From: Candidatus Parabeggiatoa sp. nov. 3
Lineage (GTDB): Bacteria > Pseudomonadota > Gammaproteobacteria > Beggiatoales > Beggiatoaceae
Direction: 5' to 3'
DNA length: 64,000 bases
NCBI GenBank assembly: GCA_003645185.1
Contig: QNEL01000001.1
Location: forward strand, 27 to 64,026
Positions 20,601 to 31,900 of the stretch are shown one piece after another. The translations under genes were made by a program, and so were the position numbers. How positions within the stretch are numbered: position 1 is the first letter of the stretch; the number at the start of each line of letters is the position of its first letter. Under the pieces are notes generated by a model, which was not told the DNA's origin, did not search any database, and saw nothing but the letters and a program-made list of their open reading frames with translations.

Positions 20601-22020
20601 CAATGGCAGAATAGTCGCTTATACTTATGATAAGTTAGGGCGACTGATTCAAGAAAAAATCACTGACCCGATCAACGGCGATATGACTCTTGCTTACAGC
20701 TATGATGCAGTGAGCAATCGTATAGAAGTTCGCGTCAATGGCGTGGTTACAGGTAGTTATAGCTACGATGCCAACAATCGCTTAACAAAGGGCGGAGATT
20801 ATGCTTATAGCTATGATGCTTCTGGTAACACCTTGAGTCAAATCGGGCCTTCAGGAACCACAGCTTATGCCTATGATTTCAAAAACCGTTTAGTCGGCGT
20901 AACCACGCCTAATGACATCATGGGTTATGTTTATGATGCAGATGGAATTCGGGTAGGTCGTACGGTTAATGGTATTGCTACTCACTACTTGGTTGACAAA
21001 AACCAAACTTATGCCCAAGTTTTGGAAGAACGTACCGCTAAAGGTGATTTACTCGCCAGTTACACCTACGGCCATGATTTACTCAGCCAAAAACGGGGTT
21101 TGGAAAACCGTTATTTCCATTATGACCAATTGGGTAGCACCAAAGGCTTAACTGATGAGAATCAAACCGTCACCGACGCTTATAATTATGAAGCGTTTGG
21201 GAATCCGTTACAGGTTGTAGGCTCCACGCCTAATCATTATCGGTTTACTGGTGAACAACATGATCCACAAACGGGGTTGATTTACCTGAGAGCGCGGTAT
21301 TATGATCCAAAAATCGGCAGGTTTATCACGCAGGATACTTGGCAAGGGCAACAGAGTAAACCTCTTAGCAAGCATAAGTATCTTTATGCGAATGCCAATC
21401 CGGTTGTGTTTATCGATCCGACTGGATATATGAGTATAGGCAGTCTCAACACGGCGATTGAAGGGGCCAATATCATGGTTAGGCTGGCTAGGCCAAACTT
21501 CAGTTATATTATGAAGAAGGTCATTAAAGGCAAAAAATTTGCGGTTTTCAAAGCAACAGCGTCGCTGGGTCTGAGAGATACTGACGGTCATCATTTTGTT
21601 TATATACAGAGAAAGTCTTTTCGTCAGAGTCTGACAAAAGCGAATGGTGCAGGATTTTGTTACGATATTGGTGCTGATTTTGAGGAAGAACAGACAAGAC
21701 AAGTAATCCGTGAACTTCGACAATTCTTGAATAATGGTACAAAATGTGACACAATATATAAAGGTACATTAGGAAAGGAATATACCACCGCACACAAGAT
21801 AAGGAAAGACGGCGGTCAAATTGTAGGTAGCGCAAAAGCGAAATTCACGTATGTGCAATTAATGTGGTGGGAAGCTGGGGCCTTTAAACCCTTTGCTGCT
21901 GATATGGGTGGTAATTTTACTTACACCTTTAAGGATTCTGGTGGATGGAATTGCCGAACTTGGACGGCAGCGGCATTGTTATTTGCAAAATGGGTAGAAA
22001 AAATGCCTCTGTATCCTTAA
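14650..22020 (+). CDS. rhs: Rhs polymorphic toxin 1: signal peptide, transglutaminase-like domain, Ig-like domains, YD repeats, Rhs core, ~197-aa C-terminal toxin
   Basis: Signal MIRLTK..VTAA; GNAFDTASLL..RAANIPARF, HLWAEAW, WIPLD; YD repeats; RYYDPKIGRF; PVVFIDPTG ending at 21426. Confidence 0.92.
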   Translation: MIRLTKGIGLLSGFLLAAHVTAAEPPDKIFKQVENHLNQHNLPEVIHQRHHAAVEQYSKGQTRHGQREALIFTQPAETKILRSPFETAAELQKIWPIAPLSANVRARLPRKTQPSLDDLAATPVVQITPEIKALAEELGNQPVPIFNWVRNEIAFVPSYGAIQGSQQTLLTRRGNAFDTASLLVALFRAANIPARFAYGTVQIPALQVMEWVGGVETPESAMQLLSQGGIPNRAVISGGRISHLILEHLWAEAWVDFIPSRGGRHREGDSWIPLDASFKIPEINTGLEWQTQLTFNPEEIAGQLKNEAADYDETGLTRLDNTVLQNTLGTQQNSLSEWVTNQGIETLGQLLGQAQILELNRPVLTASLPYHLIARVDNQSSLPASVQHHYRFTLYENAAKRASGQAALDYTVSLPQLAGKTLSLSFPPAAQEDEAVINSFLPSGNLTTAQLPKSLPGYLINLKAELRLGQEVVANAGPYVMGVQGLSETIYSPPTLSQARSLSQPIVGEYRAIGMDLQGGQGHRLQAVSERLAKTEAALSTETALTRHEIVGDLLNASLDSYFAANEVYDTWQAQMTEVVAHRAPSMGWARTVLTTDFVVGIPQKVQFNGIAFEIERLDSIAVGKNNTQRFQRQIGKLGSALAHLVLEQTFGQGQQAVSALRAQASALKSGERIYSLNPETAKAILPELSLDASAQHFIEQALHFGMHVTLPENQITLDTWTGRGLGSVSPKTGNSHYPTFGNGGQATGILYNDIGQRLVWASLLKKPVRLAPAIKPQIPFVQSVAIGLIPLATEPLKIGLTDKILTLLTGNQIEQQTGPNLPEVLDEHLFSGLLLEHLSLGQLLDPVPPEIDLQLAADSINPGETLQITATASDNGEITNLTVKINDQLLPLDDNGQATFTSEQPGKYSLIVTATDRAGNISRQESSFRVNAPDDTSPPELVIHSPEDGTEITAPTDFVATIADDSLVSWQLAVKSVSNPGLTILGSGSDPIANQPIATFDPTMLTNGLYQVIFQAVDANGRSTAISNTYRVAGDLKVGNFSFTVEDISIDMMGLPLKVLRTYDTRRKGEALDFGQGWSINYQSIKIEESRVPGKYWTVNTYGRRFNKKLCIEPLGSHQVTITLPSGKVETFEVGISPDCQTAFQGISRHVKVVFKPINGTFSQLEPVDTDGNIYFDGNSLLDPMNDMQFFNPSRYKLTTEAGYEYELDENFGIKSLTDPNGNSLTYTKDGIIHSAGKSILFTRDEQGRITKITDPSGNNLKYQYNTAGDLVSSSDALGNTVRYTYNSTHAMTDIIDPLGRKMVRNLYDDDGRLTGQIDADGNRIHFKHDIEGHMEVFRDLRGFTTTYVYDNRGKIVTEIDAKGNATYRSYDAMGNELTRTDPLGRTTSFSYDAHGNVIGKTSPEGYVTKSAYDEHDNLLREEDAQGNVLSMSYDKENNLLKATDPAGHVFTPVYDNDKRPIATLNGRGKPILSFTFNRDGNPITQTDSLGNITRTTYDASGNELRKLKTRTGADGNRVSFLTTTVYDKNGKPTQTTDAAGYVTSSEYDAAGNVIATFDKNGHKTTFEYDTQGRLIKTDYPDGTSTSSSYDASGNEISFTDRQGRTTQYRYDYKNRLVETVLPDKTSTSREYDAVGRVLAEVDASSNRTTFEYGKGEQPIKITNALEKSIQLTYDGVGNRTSVTDALGKTTRFEYDGVSRPTKVLYADKTFTQVVYDDLGRRVQDIDRAGNVTRYEYDAVGRLTKVIDAKDGETRYLYDEVGNVISETDALRQTTSWTYDNLGRPLSRILPLGMTETFTYDGNGNVLTHTNFNGDTIRYSYDSNNQLVKEIYPDESTISYTYTKSGLPATLTDSRGVTRYSYDVHNQLVKVVHPQGTTLLYNYNANGNRTSVTTPSGKTTYTYDKRGSLKTVIDANGGVTSYSYDVLGNLTSETRPNGTLTQYHYDTKGRLVKVEHLNSDRSVIGSYEYTLNLLGHPTQVIEPNGRIVAYTYDKLGRLIQEKITDPINGDMTLAYSYDAVSNRIEVRVNGVVTGSYSYDANNRLTKGGDYAYSYDASGNTLSQIGPSGTTAYAYDFKNRLVGVTTPNDIMGYVYDADGIRVGRTVNGIATHYLVDKNQTYAQVLEERTAKGDLLASYTYGHDLLSQKRGLENRYFHYDQLGSTKGLTDENQTVTDAYNYEAFGNPLQVVGSTPNHYRFTGEQHDPQTGLIYLRARYYDPKIGRFITQDTWQGQQSKPLSKHKYLYANANPVVFIDPTGYMSIGSLNTAIEGANIMVRLARPNFSYIMKKVIKGKKFAVFKATASLGLRDTDGHHFVYIQRKSFRQSLTKANGAGFCYDIGADFEEEQTRQVIRELRQFLNNGTKCDTIYKGTLGKEYTTAHKIRKDGGQIVGSAKAKFTYVQLMWWEAGAFKPFAADMGGNFTYTFKDSGGWNCRTWTAAALLFAKWVEKMPLYP

Positions 22021-22317
22021 AAAGATTTGGTTGGTTCAGCTTTGCTTTTTTATTTAAAATAAATAGTTGTGTTTGTTAATTTCCAAATATTGCTATTTTT
22101 TTACAGATATTCTCTTTTGGAGAATATCTGTTCTCCTGTGTAAAGGAATATTCATATCATTTCCAAATGATTGTTTCTATCAATTTGGACTTAAGCTTGA
22201 CACCATTTTTTATGGACTAGCATCCGAAAACAGATTTTGGGGTTTTAGGAAAAACATTTTGGATGAACCTAGGTTATCGTATATATATAATTTAATTAAA
22301 TATTTTAGAATGATTGG

Positions 22318-23145
22318 GTGGGTTTAATGTTACCATATATTCCTTACTTTCGTTTCGTTAAATTCTTACATGATGGTGGCGAAGTGGCATTTAACGGATA
22401 TATAGACAAGCTAATCAAGATCGTCAAAAATTGGCCACTTAAAAAAGAGACTCGCTTTGAACTTTCGCACACCAAATTATATGAAGAATATATCAAAAAA
22501 AAATGGGGTAAAACACCAGAATCAGGGTTATCAGGATACCAAGGCGGTCCTTCTCATATTGTGAGTTCTCGATGGTGGTATTATCCTTATCCTGATGTTA
22601 CATTTGGTGTACGTTTTGAAGTCAATTTTTATATGACTAAAAATCCAGTTTTTGATTGTGTTTTAGAGCCACTACCGACTGAAAAAAACCAAGCGAAAGA
22701 GCTGATAGTAAAAACTCTTTCTCAAGGTGTAGCCGATAAAATTTCTATAAATGAACCGGCTAAAGAAAGAACCACTTTAGGTCAACTTCATTGGGTTTAT
22801 CTTGGGCAAAAAATATCTCTATTTCAAAAACTTGAATGGCTTTACGAAAAATATTCAGGCGATGAACCTTCTCAGGTGTACGAGTTTGCTCAGCAAATAA
22901 AAGTTATACTGTTACAAGATGTAGCTAATCCTTTGGTCGAGCTAAGGGAACTCTATCCGTTTAATTCCAAGTTATCTCAAACAGAAAGAGAGCAACGGGA
23001 GACTGCTGATCAAAAAATGCTGGTTGAATTTTTTGATAAATATGACCAAATTTTGTTGAATGCTTGGGGAAAGGAAAAGTTTAGTGAAAATTTAATTCCA
23101 TTAGGTGTGTCTTTAGATGACTGGTTAAAAGCTGGTAGGGATTAA
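22318..23145 (+). CDS. Putative cognate immunity protein of Rhs1 (paralog 1 of 3)
   Basis: First substantial gene after the toxin; C-terminus AWGKEKFSENLIPLGxSLDDWLKAGRD shared with 23587-24471. Confidence 0.7.
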   Translation: MGLMLPYIPYFRFVKFLHDGGEVAFNGYIDKLIKIVKNWPLKKETRFELSHTKLYEEYIKKKWGKTPESGLSGYQGGPSHIVSSRWWYYPYPDVTFGVRFEVNFYMTKNPVFDCVLEPLPTEKNQAKELIVKTLSQGVADKISINEPAKERTTLGQLHWVYLGQKISLFQKLEWLYEKYSGDEPSQVYEFAQQIKVILLQDVANPLVELRELYPFNSKLSQTEREQRETADQKMLVEFFDKYDQILLNAWGKEKFSENLIPLGVSLDDWLKAGRD

Positions 23146-23147
23146 TT

Positions 23148-23220
23148 GGAAGAACGCATTTCTTTCGGTGAAATGCTCACCTGCTACACTTACGGCCATG
23201 ATTGACTCCGTCAAAAACGT
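23148..23220 (+). pseudogene. Degenerate Rhs core remnant
   Basis: Matches Rhs1 ~21025-21095 (EERT..YTYGHD). Confidence 0.7.
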
Positions 23221-23586
23221 TGTTCTGAAAACATAAAAGAGTTCCTAAATTCCTCAAAAAAATCGGCTAGTACCACACGTCGTTAATATATTGGATAATG
23301 ATTATAGCTAACCCATTGATTGTTATTGATATAAATAATCAGATTTGACGGTGTGTGGTACTCGTTTTTTAATCCAAAGGCTCGGTTGGACAAGCGTGAT
23401 TTTAAGAACCGGCTAGATTAGCTTTTGCTTTCAAGCCACAACTCCCGGTCGTACAATCCGTAGCCTTAGGCCTCATCCCACTGGCCACATCAAGTTTGAC
23501 AGTGTACTAGCTATTAGTATTACACTAAGCTTACAAACACTTGTTTTAACAACGATTTTCCCAATTTTGGGATAAAACTAATCAAT

Positions 23587-24471
23587 ATGGCTTACATCAA
23601 GGAGCTTAAATTTGACATCAAATGGAGGTCACACCCGTTGTTATATTCTCCTTCCATAAAATTTATCAAATTTTTACCTGATTGCGGAAAAGTGTCAGTT
23701 GCTTCATATATGGATTTGCTAACAGATACTGTGCAAAAAAATTGGTTGCCAGAGCAAAATTTCAATTTTGATCCATCGTGCCAAAAAGTGGAATTATATG
23801 AGGAATATATCGATAAAATGCTTGCTATAAAACAGCATTTAGAGCAGTCAAGATTACAACAATCTCCTTCACCATGGATAAGTTCTCTGTTCTGGAGCTT
23901 TCCTTCTCTAAATGCTGAATTTAATCTAGCTAATTTTAACGTGGTTTTTTATCTCACTAAAATACCTCATTTAGTTGGCTATTTAGAACCACCAGTTGCT
24001 GAGAGAAACCGGTATAACAGTTTGATAAAAGACGCTCTTTCTCAAGGTATAGTGGACGAAAGTCGTATAGAAGTGGTTAAAGAAATCAAGATTTTAGGTA
24101 AACTCCATTGGGTTTATCTTCAGAAGAAAATCTCTCTATTTAAAACGCTCTCATGGTTTCAAACACAGGAACAATCCTCATGCGAGGAGCCTTCTATGGT
24201 GTACGCATTTGCTCAGCAAGTCGAAGAAGTTTTTTTATCAAGTAGCATGGACTCTGATATAGAACTTAAACAACGAGACATTTCTAAATCTGCCGGTTTA
24301 TCTAAAATTGAAATAAAACAATGGGATGCCGCTGATAAAAAAAGGTTCGCAGAGTTTCTTGAGAAATATGATCAGATGTTGTTGGATGCTTGGGGAAAGG
24401 AAAAGTTTAGTGAAAATTTAATTCCATTAGGTGCATCTTTAGATGACTGGTTAAAAGCTGGTAGGGACTAG
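23587..24471 (+). CDS. Immunity paralog 2
   Basis: Aligns with 22318-23145 (LSQG, LGxLHWVYL, KISLF, FAQQ; near-identical C-terminus). Confidence 0.75.
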   Translation: MAYIKELKFDIKWRSHPLLYSPSIKFIKFLPDCGKVSVASYMDLLTDTVQKNWLPEQNFNFDPSCQKVELYEEYIDKMLAIKQHLEQSRLQQSPSPWISSLFWSFPSLNAEFNLANFNVVFYLTKIPHLVGYLEPPVAERNRYNSLIKDALSQGIVDESRIEVVKEIKILGKLHWVYLQKKISLFKTLSWFQTQEQSSCEEPSMVYAFAQQVEEVFLSSSMDSDIELKQRDISKSAGLSKIEIKQWDAADKKRFAEFLEKYDQMLLDAWGKEKFSENLIPLGASLDDWLKAGRD

Positions 24472-24800
24472 AAGAACGCACTTTTTTCGGTGATTTGCTC
24501 GCTAAGTACACCTACGGCCATGATTTACTCAGCCAAAAACGGGGTTTGGAAAGCCACTATTTCCATTATGACAGATTGGGCAGTGGCCTGATGGATGACA
24601 AGCAAACCGTCACCAATGCTTATAATTATGAAGCATTTGGAAAGTTGTTACAGGTTGCCAGCACCACGCCTATTGGTGAACAACATGCTCCACAAACGGG
24701 CTTGATTGACATGAGAGTACGGTATTATGGTCATCCAGCAACAGGCAGGTTTATCACGCAGGATACCTAGCAAGGGTTACGGAATGAACCTCTTAGCAAA
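24472..24800 (+). pseudogene. Eroded Rhs core remnant with no toxin tip
   Basis: Homologous to Rhs1 ~21025-21370, with small deletions and a stop. Confidence 0.85.
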
Positions 24801-24813
24801 GTTTTAATAAATA

Positions 24814-25140
24814 AGTACTGAAGCACAAATAAACAGGTATTTTACAGCAAAGGGGCAAGGCAGAAGGTTGCCCCGATCCACATTTTCAAGCAAAAGTTTT
24901 TGTTTGCCTCAACTTTTGCTTGAAAATCAGTTTTATCTAACTCATTGTAGATTTGCTATGCTATGCGTCTCTCGTTTTTTGTAGATTTGCTATGCATCGC
25001 GTCTCTCGTTTTTTGTAGAGACGCATAGCAAATCTCGTTTTTTGTAGATTTGCGTCTCTCGTTTTTTGCAGAGACGCTTCGCGAAAGCGTCTCTACAGGC
25101 AGCTTCTATTAAAATACCTGAAAATTTATGGTTCAGTACT
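24814..25140. mobile_element. MITE family A carrying GTAGAGACGC-type repeats
   Basis: Same TIRs as 3013-3183; TA on both flanks. Confidence 0.85.
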
Positions 25141-25144
25141 TATT

Positions 25145-25915
25145 ATGATGAATTTTCCTGGTATCGCAATAGGTTTTACAAGTTTTTTACGTGACTGTCA
25201 TAAAGAAAATTTGGCATTTTATCTTCAACAGCTAACTGATTCAATAACAAAATATCATCAACATCCGTGGCACAAACGTTGTTTACGAACCGAGGATTTT
25301 TTTAATTTAAATCAAGAAATTCTCAAAGGATATGAAGCAATATTGCATGATATCTCAGTTAACCGATTTCATTTTGATTATTGGGAATTTAGTCTATTAC
25401 CTTGTGAATATGAAATGTATCTCAGAGAAGGCAATTTTTCTATAAGCATTTCTCTCAACCATTTTCCTAATATTAAAGGGTTATTAGGAATACGTTATTT
25501 TGGTGATCTCAACGAGATAAGTCATCAAACCCTTTCTAACAAATATAAACCGTTTGTAATTGAAGGTTTACAAACAGGTTTGTTTGATTTAGCGTTTTAT
25601 GATAATAAGAGATTAGGAAAAAGAAAATGGCTTTATTTTGAGGAAAAAATCTGGAAAATTAAATCACTTCAACCTTTTGACGGCAGGATGACCCGTTATG
25701 ATCAAATGGATAAACCTTTTAAGTTAGTAGAAGAATATTTGTCATCCATCCCTTTTATGGAACAATTAAAAGAATTATCCTTTGATAAAAAGGAAGGTAA
25801 AAAATTTCTTAGGCAACATGATCAACTCCTTTTATCGCTTTGGGGTAGTCAAGAATTTGCTGACAAATTGAAACCCCTTGATGTTTCTTTAAAAGAGTGG
25901 TTGAAGGCCGTGTAG
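25145..25915 (+). CDS. Immunity paralog 3 (divergent)
   Basis: LGKRKWLYFEEKI and HDQLLLSLWGSQEFADKLKPLDVSLKEWLKA match paralogs 1 and 2. Confidence 0.65.
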   Translation: MMNFPGIAIGFTSFLRDCHKENLAFYLQQLTDSITKYHQHPWHKRCLRTEDFFNLNQEILKGYEAILHDISVNRFHFDYWEFSLLPCEYEMYLREGNFSISISLNHFPNIKGLLGIRYFGDLNEISHQTLSNKYKPFVIEGLQTGLFDLAFYDNKRLGKRKWLYFEEKIWKIKSLQPFDGRMTRYDQMDKPFKLVEEYLSSIPFMEQLKELSFDKKEGKKFLRQHDQLLLSLWGSQEFADKLKPLDVSLKEWLKAV

Positions 25916-25994
25916 CTAAGACTTGATGTTCTAGTTAGTTTTTTTCTCGTTATAAAGGATTTTTGGGGGGGGAATCAGGGTTTGAACAAAAGTT

Positions 25995-28900
25995 GTGGCC
26001 AACGCAGGCCCTTATGTCATGGGCGTTCAAGGCATCAGCGAAACCATTTACACCCCACCCACCTTAAGCCAAGCACGCAGCCTAAGCCAACCTATAGTCG
26101 GAGAATACCGCACCATCGGCATGGACTTACAAGGCGGCCTCAGCCATCGTCTTCAGACTGTCAGCGAACGTCTCGCTAAAACAGAAGCCGCCCTCAGCAC
26201 CTTCACGGCAATCACGCACCATGAAATCGTAGGCAATCTCCTGAACGCCAGCCTAGACAGCTACTTTGCAGCCAATGAAGTCTACGACACCTGGCAAGCG
26301 CAAATGACTGAAGTCGTTGCACACCGAGCCCCCTCAATGGGTGCCGCCCGCACCGTGCTCACCACCGACTTCGTCGTCGGCATACCCCAGAAAGTCCAAT
26401 TCAACGGCATCGCCTTTGAAATCGAACGCCTCAACAGCATCGCCGTCGGCAAAAACAACACCCAACGCTTCCAACGCCAAATAGGAAAACTAGGCTCCGC
26501 CCTAGCCCACCTAGTACTGGAACAAACCTTTGGGCAAGGCAACCAAGCCGTTTCAGCTTTACGAGCCCAAGCCAGCGCCTTAAAATCAGGGGAACGCATT
26601 TACAGCTTAAATCCAGAAACAGCGATTCTCCCAGAATTAAGCCTAGATGCCAGCGCCCAACACTTTATCGAGCAAGCCCTGCATTTCGGAATGCACGTCA
26701 CCCTGCCAGAAAACCCGATCACGCTAGACACATGGACAGGCCGCGGGCTAGGCAGGGTCGATCCAAAAACCGGCAACAGCCACTACCCCACATTCGGCAC
26801 AGGCGGCCAAGCCACCGGCATACTCTACAACGACATCGGCCAACGCCTAGTCTGGGCTAGTCTCCTGAAAAAACCAGTTAGATTAGCGCCCGCGATCAAG
26901 CCACAAATCCCGTTCGTACAATCCGTAGCCGTCGGCCTCATCCCACTGGCCACCGATCCCCTCAAAATCGGCCTAACCGACAAAGTGCTCACCCTCCTAA
27001 CCGGCAACCAAATCGAACAAGAAACCGGCCCGAATCTACCAGAAGTCCTAGATGAACACCTGTTCAGCGGCTTACTGCTTGAACACCTCTCACTAGGCCA
27101 ACTGCTCGATCCCGTACCACCCGAAATCGATCTACAATTAGCCGCCGACAGCATTAATCCCGGTGAAAACCTCCAAATCACCGCCACAGCCAGCGACAAT
27201 GGTGAAATAACCAACCTCACCGTCAAAATCAACGATCAGCTACTCCCCCTAGACGACAGCGGCCAAGCCACCTTCACCAGCGAACAACCCGGCAAATACA
27301 CCCTAATCGTCACCGCCACCGATCGTGCCGGCAACATCAGTCGTCAAGAAGGCAGCTTCCGCGTCAACGCTCCAGATGACACCACTCCCCCAGAACTCGT
27401 CATCCACAGCCCAGAAGACGGCACAGAAATCACAGCCCCCACAGACTTTGTCGCCACCATTACAGACGACAGCCTAGTAAGCTGGCAACTTGCCGTCAAA
27501 TCCGTCAGCAACCCAGGCCTCACGATCTTAGGCAGCGGCAGCGATCCCATCGCCAACCAACCCATCGCCACCTTCGATCCCACCATGCTCACCAACGGCC
27601 TCTACCAAGTCATCTTTCAAGCCGTCGATGCGAATGGAAGAAACACAGCGATTTCAAATAGTTACCGGGTAGCAGGTGATCTCAAAGTCGGCAACTTCTC
27701 CTTCACCGTAGAAGACATCTCAATAGACATGATGGGCCTCCCGCTCAAAGTGATGCGGACTTACGACACCCGTCGCAAAGGAGAAGCCCTAGATTTTGGT
27801 CAAGGTTGGAGCATCAGTTACCAAGACATTAAGGTAGAAGAATCACGGGTACCGGGACAATACTGGACACTCAACACATACGGTAGGCGTTTCAATCAAC
27901 TATTCTGTGTTGAATCATTAGGTTCACCACCACAGATCACAGTCACCTTTCCAGATGGCAAGGTTGAGGCCTTTGAAGTCGGTGTACAACCCAGATGTCA
28001 ATCCGTGTTTCAAGGCAGGCCCACGCACCTCAACATGGTATTCAAACCCCTATCAGGTACTTTTTCTAAACTAGAAGTACTGGATGCTTATGCTGAAAGT
28101 GTCTACTTTGATGGTCGTGCGCTTTTAGAACTACTGAATGAAGGACGCGCCTTCAATCCCAGTCTCTACCGGCTCACCACCCAAAACGGCTATCAATATG
28201 AAATTCAGCAAGATGACATAGAAGCTCAACAAACACCGGGCCTTAAAAAAATAACCGAGCCAAATGGCAACACACTGACTTACACAGACGATGGGATCAT
28301 TCATTCCGCTGGCAAAAGCATTCTCTTCACTCGTGATAGCCAAGGCCGCATCACCAAAATCACTGATCCCAAAGGCAACTCATTGAAATACCAGTATAAT
28401 ATGACTGGTGACTTAATCGCCTCTACGGATTTTCTTGGCAATAGCGTGCGTTACACTTATAACAGCACCCATGCCATGACAGATATGACCGATCCGCTAG
28501 GCCGCAAGGTTGTTCGGAACCTTTATAATGATGACGGCCGCGTGACGGGACAAATTGACAGCGAAGGAAACCGCACCAACTTCAACCACAACCTCAAAGG
28601 CCGCCAATCCATCGTCACCGACAAACTAGGCCGAGTCACCCAACTCTACTACGACGGCCGCGGCAACGTGATTACCCAAGTTGATCCGTTAGGAAACATC
28701 AGTTACTCCACCTACGATCAATTCGGGAATAAACTGAGTGCCATCGATCCATTAGGCAACGCCACCTTCTTCAAATACGATGACAAGTTCAATCTTTTGG
28801 AACAGAAGGATGCCGAAGGTAATGTCGTCAAATACACTTATACCAAACAAGGTAAAGAAAAAACGCTGACCGACGCTCGTGGCAACACCTTTGAGAACTT

Positions 28901-31900
28901 CTATGATAATCAAGGTAACTTGATCAGAATCACCGATCCAAAAGGCCATGAAATCAGCATAATGCTGGAAAAAGGCCTCATCACCTCCGTCCGTGACACT
29001 AATGATAATGTCACAAAATTCACTTATGACAAAAGTGGCAACAAGCTAACGGAAACCGATCCACTAGGCAACACGGTAACCTTTACTTATGACGGCAACG
29101 GCAATGAACTAAGCTACAGCCGTAAACGCACCGATGCCTCTGGCAACCAAGTCGTCGAAACGACGTTTTATGAATACGACAAACGCAATCGCCTGATTCA
29201 AACCACCGATGCTTTCGGCAACATCAACAAAACACAATACAACACCCTCGGCCAAGAAATTGCCCATATTGATGCGTCGGGCCGCCGAACCGACTACAAA
29301 TACGACACGATTGGCAACTTAAGCATAATCCGTTATTCTGACGGCACCAAGGAAACCCGCAACTACGACGTAGAAGGGAATCTCCTTTCAAGCACCAATG
29401 TGGCTGGGCAAACCACGCGCTACGAGTACGACAAAGTTGATCGTCAAATCAAAACCATTTACTCAGACGGGAGCGTAACCCAAACACAATACGATGCCGC
29501 AAACCGCGTCAATGCCCAAATTGATGAAAACGGCAACCGCACCGAGTTTAAATACGACAAAGTCGGCCGTCGTATTCAAAGCAAAAATGCGGATAGCCAA
29601 ATCACCACCAATGCCTACGATGCCGATGGTAATCTGGTATCCAAAACCGATAACAATGGCAACACGATTGCTTATCAATACTCAGCCCTAGATCAGCGTA
29701 TCAAAACGATCTACCCAGGTAACTTGGTAGAAGAAAATATCTACGACAAGGTAGGCAACTTAGTGGCTGGAAAAGACTTAGCCGGTAATGAAACCCAGTA
29801 CCAATACGACAAACTGAGCCGTTTGACTGAAGTCATCAAGTCACTTTCTGACAAACCCATCAGCACCACCTTCGGTTATGATGAAATTGGGAATCGCATT
29901 AGTCAAACTGATGCCAATCAGAACACAACAACTTGGACTTATGACAAGCTAGGCCGTGTTATCAGTCGGACATTGCCACTGGGCATGACAGAAACTTTTG
30001 CCTACGACAAGAAAACCGGCAACTTGCTAAGTCACACCAACTTCAATGGCAAAACCACCACCTTTAGTTATGATCAGAACACTGATCGTCTGCTCTCAAC
30101 CACGTATGCCGATGGCAGTGTAGAAAGCTTCACGTATGATGTTTCTGGCAATCGCCTTTTAATGAAGGCAGAAAATGGCACGACAAGCTACAGCTATGAC
30201 AATTTTCATCGCTTAATCAAGGAAGTTAAACCCAACCAAGCGGTTTTAGAATACGGTTATGATAAACGGAGTAATCGCACGAGGCTAAAGTTCACTGAGC
30301 CCTCTGGCACGGCTGCTCAAGTGCAATACCAGTATGATGTACTTTCTCGTCTACAAAAGGTAATAGCACCTGACGGCGAAACGGTTTATCTCTACGATTC
30401 TGTCGGCAATCGCCAGCAAGTCATTTATCCCAATGGCACTTACACCCGGTATGCTTATGACAAGCTAAATCGCCTCACGGCTTTAGAAGCTCTACTGCCT
30501 GATAACAGCTTATTAGCGAGTTACCAATACACCCTAACACCCACAGGCCAGCGCAGTCAGATTATCGAACACACCGGCCGCGTCATCAACTACACCTATG
30601 ACGATCTCTATCGCCTAAAATTCGAGAAAATCAGCACGACCGACAATGATATTGTCTTTAGTTATCAATATGATGCTGTAGGCAACCGTGTTTATAGTAT
30701 CGAAGACGGTGTCCACACCAAATACACCTACGACACCAACGACCGCTTGCTGAAACAAGGTGGTGTTGTGTTCCAGTACGATGCCAACGGCAATACGATC
30801 CGCATTACTGAAGAAAAGCAAGTAGTGCAGATGAGTTATGATGGTGATGATCGCTTGATAAGCGTCGTGACAGAAGAAAAAGGCCAAGTCACTCGCACAG
30901 TTAGCTATGCCTACGATGCCGACGGCAACCGCGTACAAACCTCATTGAATGGGGAAGTTACCCAATATGTGGTAGACAGCAATGACAGCTTGGCCCAAGT
31001 CATCGCCGAACTTGATAAAGATGATCAGGTGAAAGTAGCTTATTTGCACGGCGACGATCTCATCAGTCAATATCGTGGTAATGATATCCATTATTATCAC
31101 TACGATGGATTGGGTAGTACCAGAGGTTTGACTGACCAAAACGCTGTGGTTACCGATGCCTACAATTATGAGGCCTTCGGTAAATTGCTAGAACAAATTG
31201 GCGAAACCGAGAATAATTACCTCTATACGGGTGAGCAGTTTGATCAGAATACGGGAAATTATTACCTTCGAGCCCGGTATTACAATCCTGCCAGCGGACG
31301 CTTTTTGAGCATGGATAGCTTCAATGGTTTTCAAACAGACCCGATTACGCTGCATAAGTATTTATATGCCAACGCGAATCCCGTCAATATGGTTGATCCA
31401 AGTGGGCAATTTTCCTTGGGAAGCTTAAGCGCGAGTATCAGTATTCGTGGAATTTTAACGGGCATGGCTCGCTTTGTTCAATTAATGGGTGTGATTGATT
31501 TTGTGAACGATCCAACAGCGTTTTTCTATGATAGACTAATGAACAGAACGCTTAGAATCTTAAATCGCTTAAGATTCTTAAAGTGGTTGCGTTTAGTTAA
31601 GAAGAAGAAAAGGGCTAAAAAGGATCCTTCTAAAAAGGATAAAGATGAAGACTGCCCTGTTGCGGGAAATAGCTTTACAGCAGAGACGCTGGTACACACC
31701 CAGCGGGGATTGATTACCATTGCCGAAGTACAAATTGGGGATCAGGTTTGGTCCTACAATGAGGAAACAGGCGAACAACAATGGAATGAAGTTGTTCACC
31801 TGATTCAAGGCGAGCAGGAATATGATTTAGTTCTCTTGACGCTTGAAAACGGTGAGATTATTAAGGCCACCAATGAGCATCCCTTCTTTGTGGTTGAAAA

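Noticed and set aside
22067-22327. 86-aa ORF directly after Rhs1 as its immunity gene
   Set aside because: TTG start, low-complexity AT-rich sequence and no paralog support, unlike 22318-23145.
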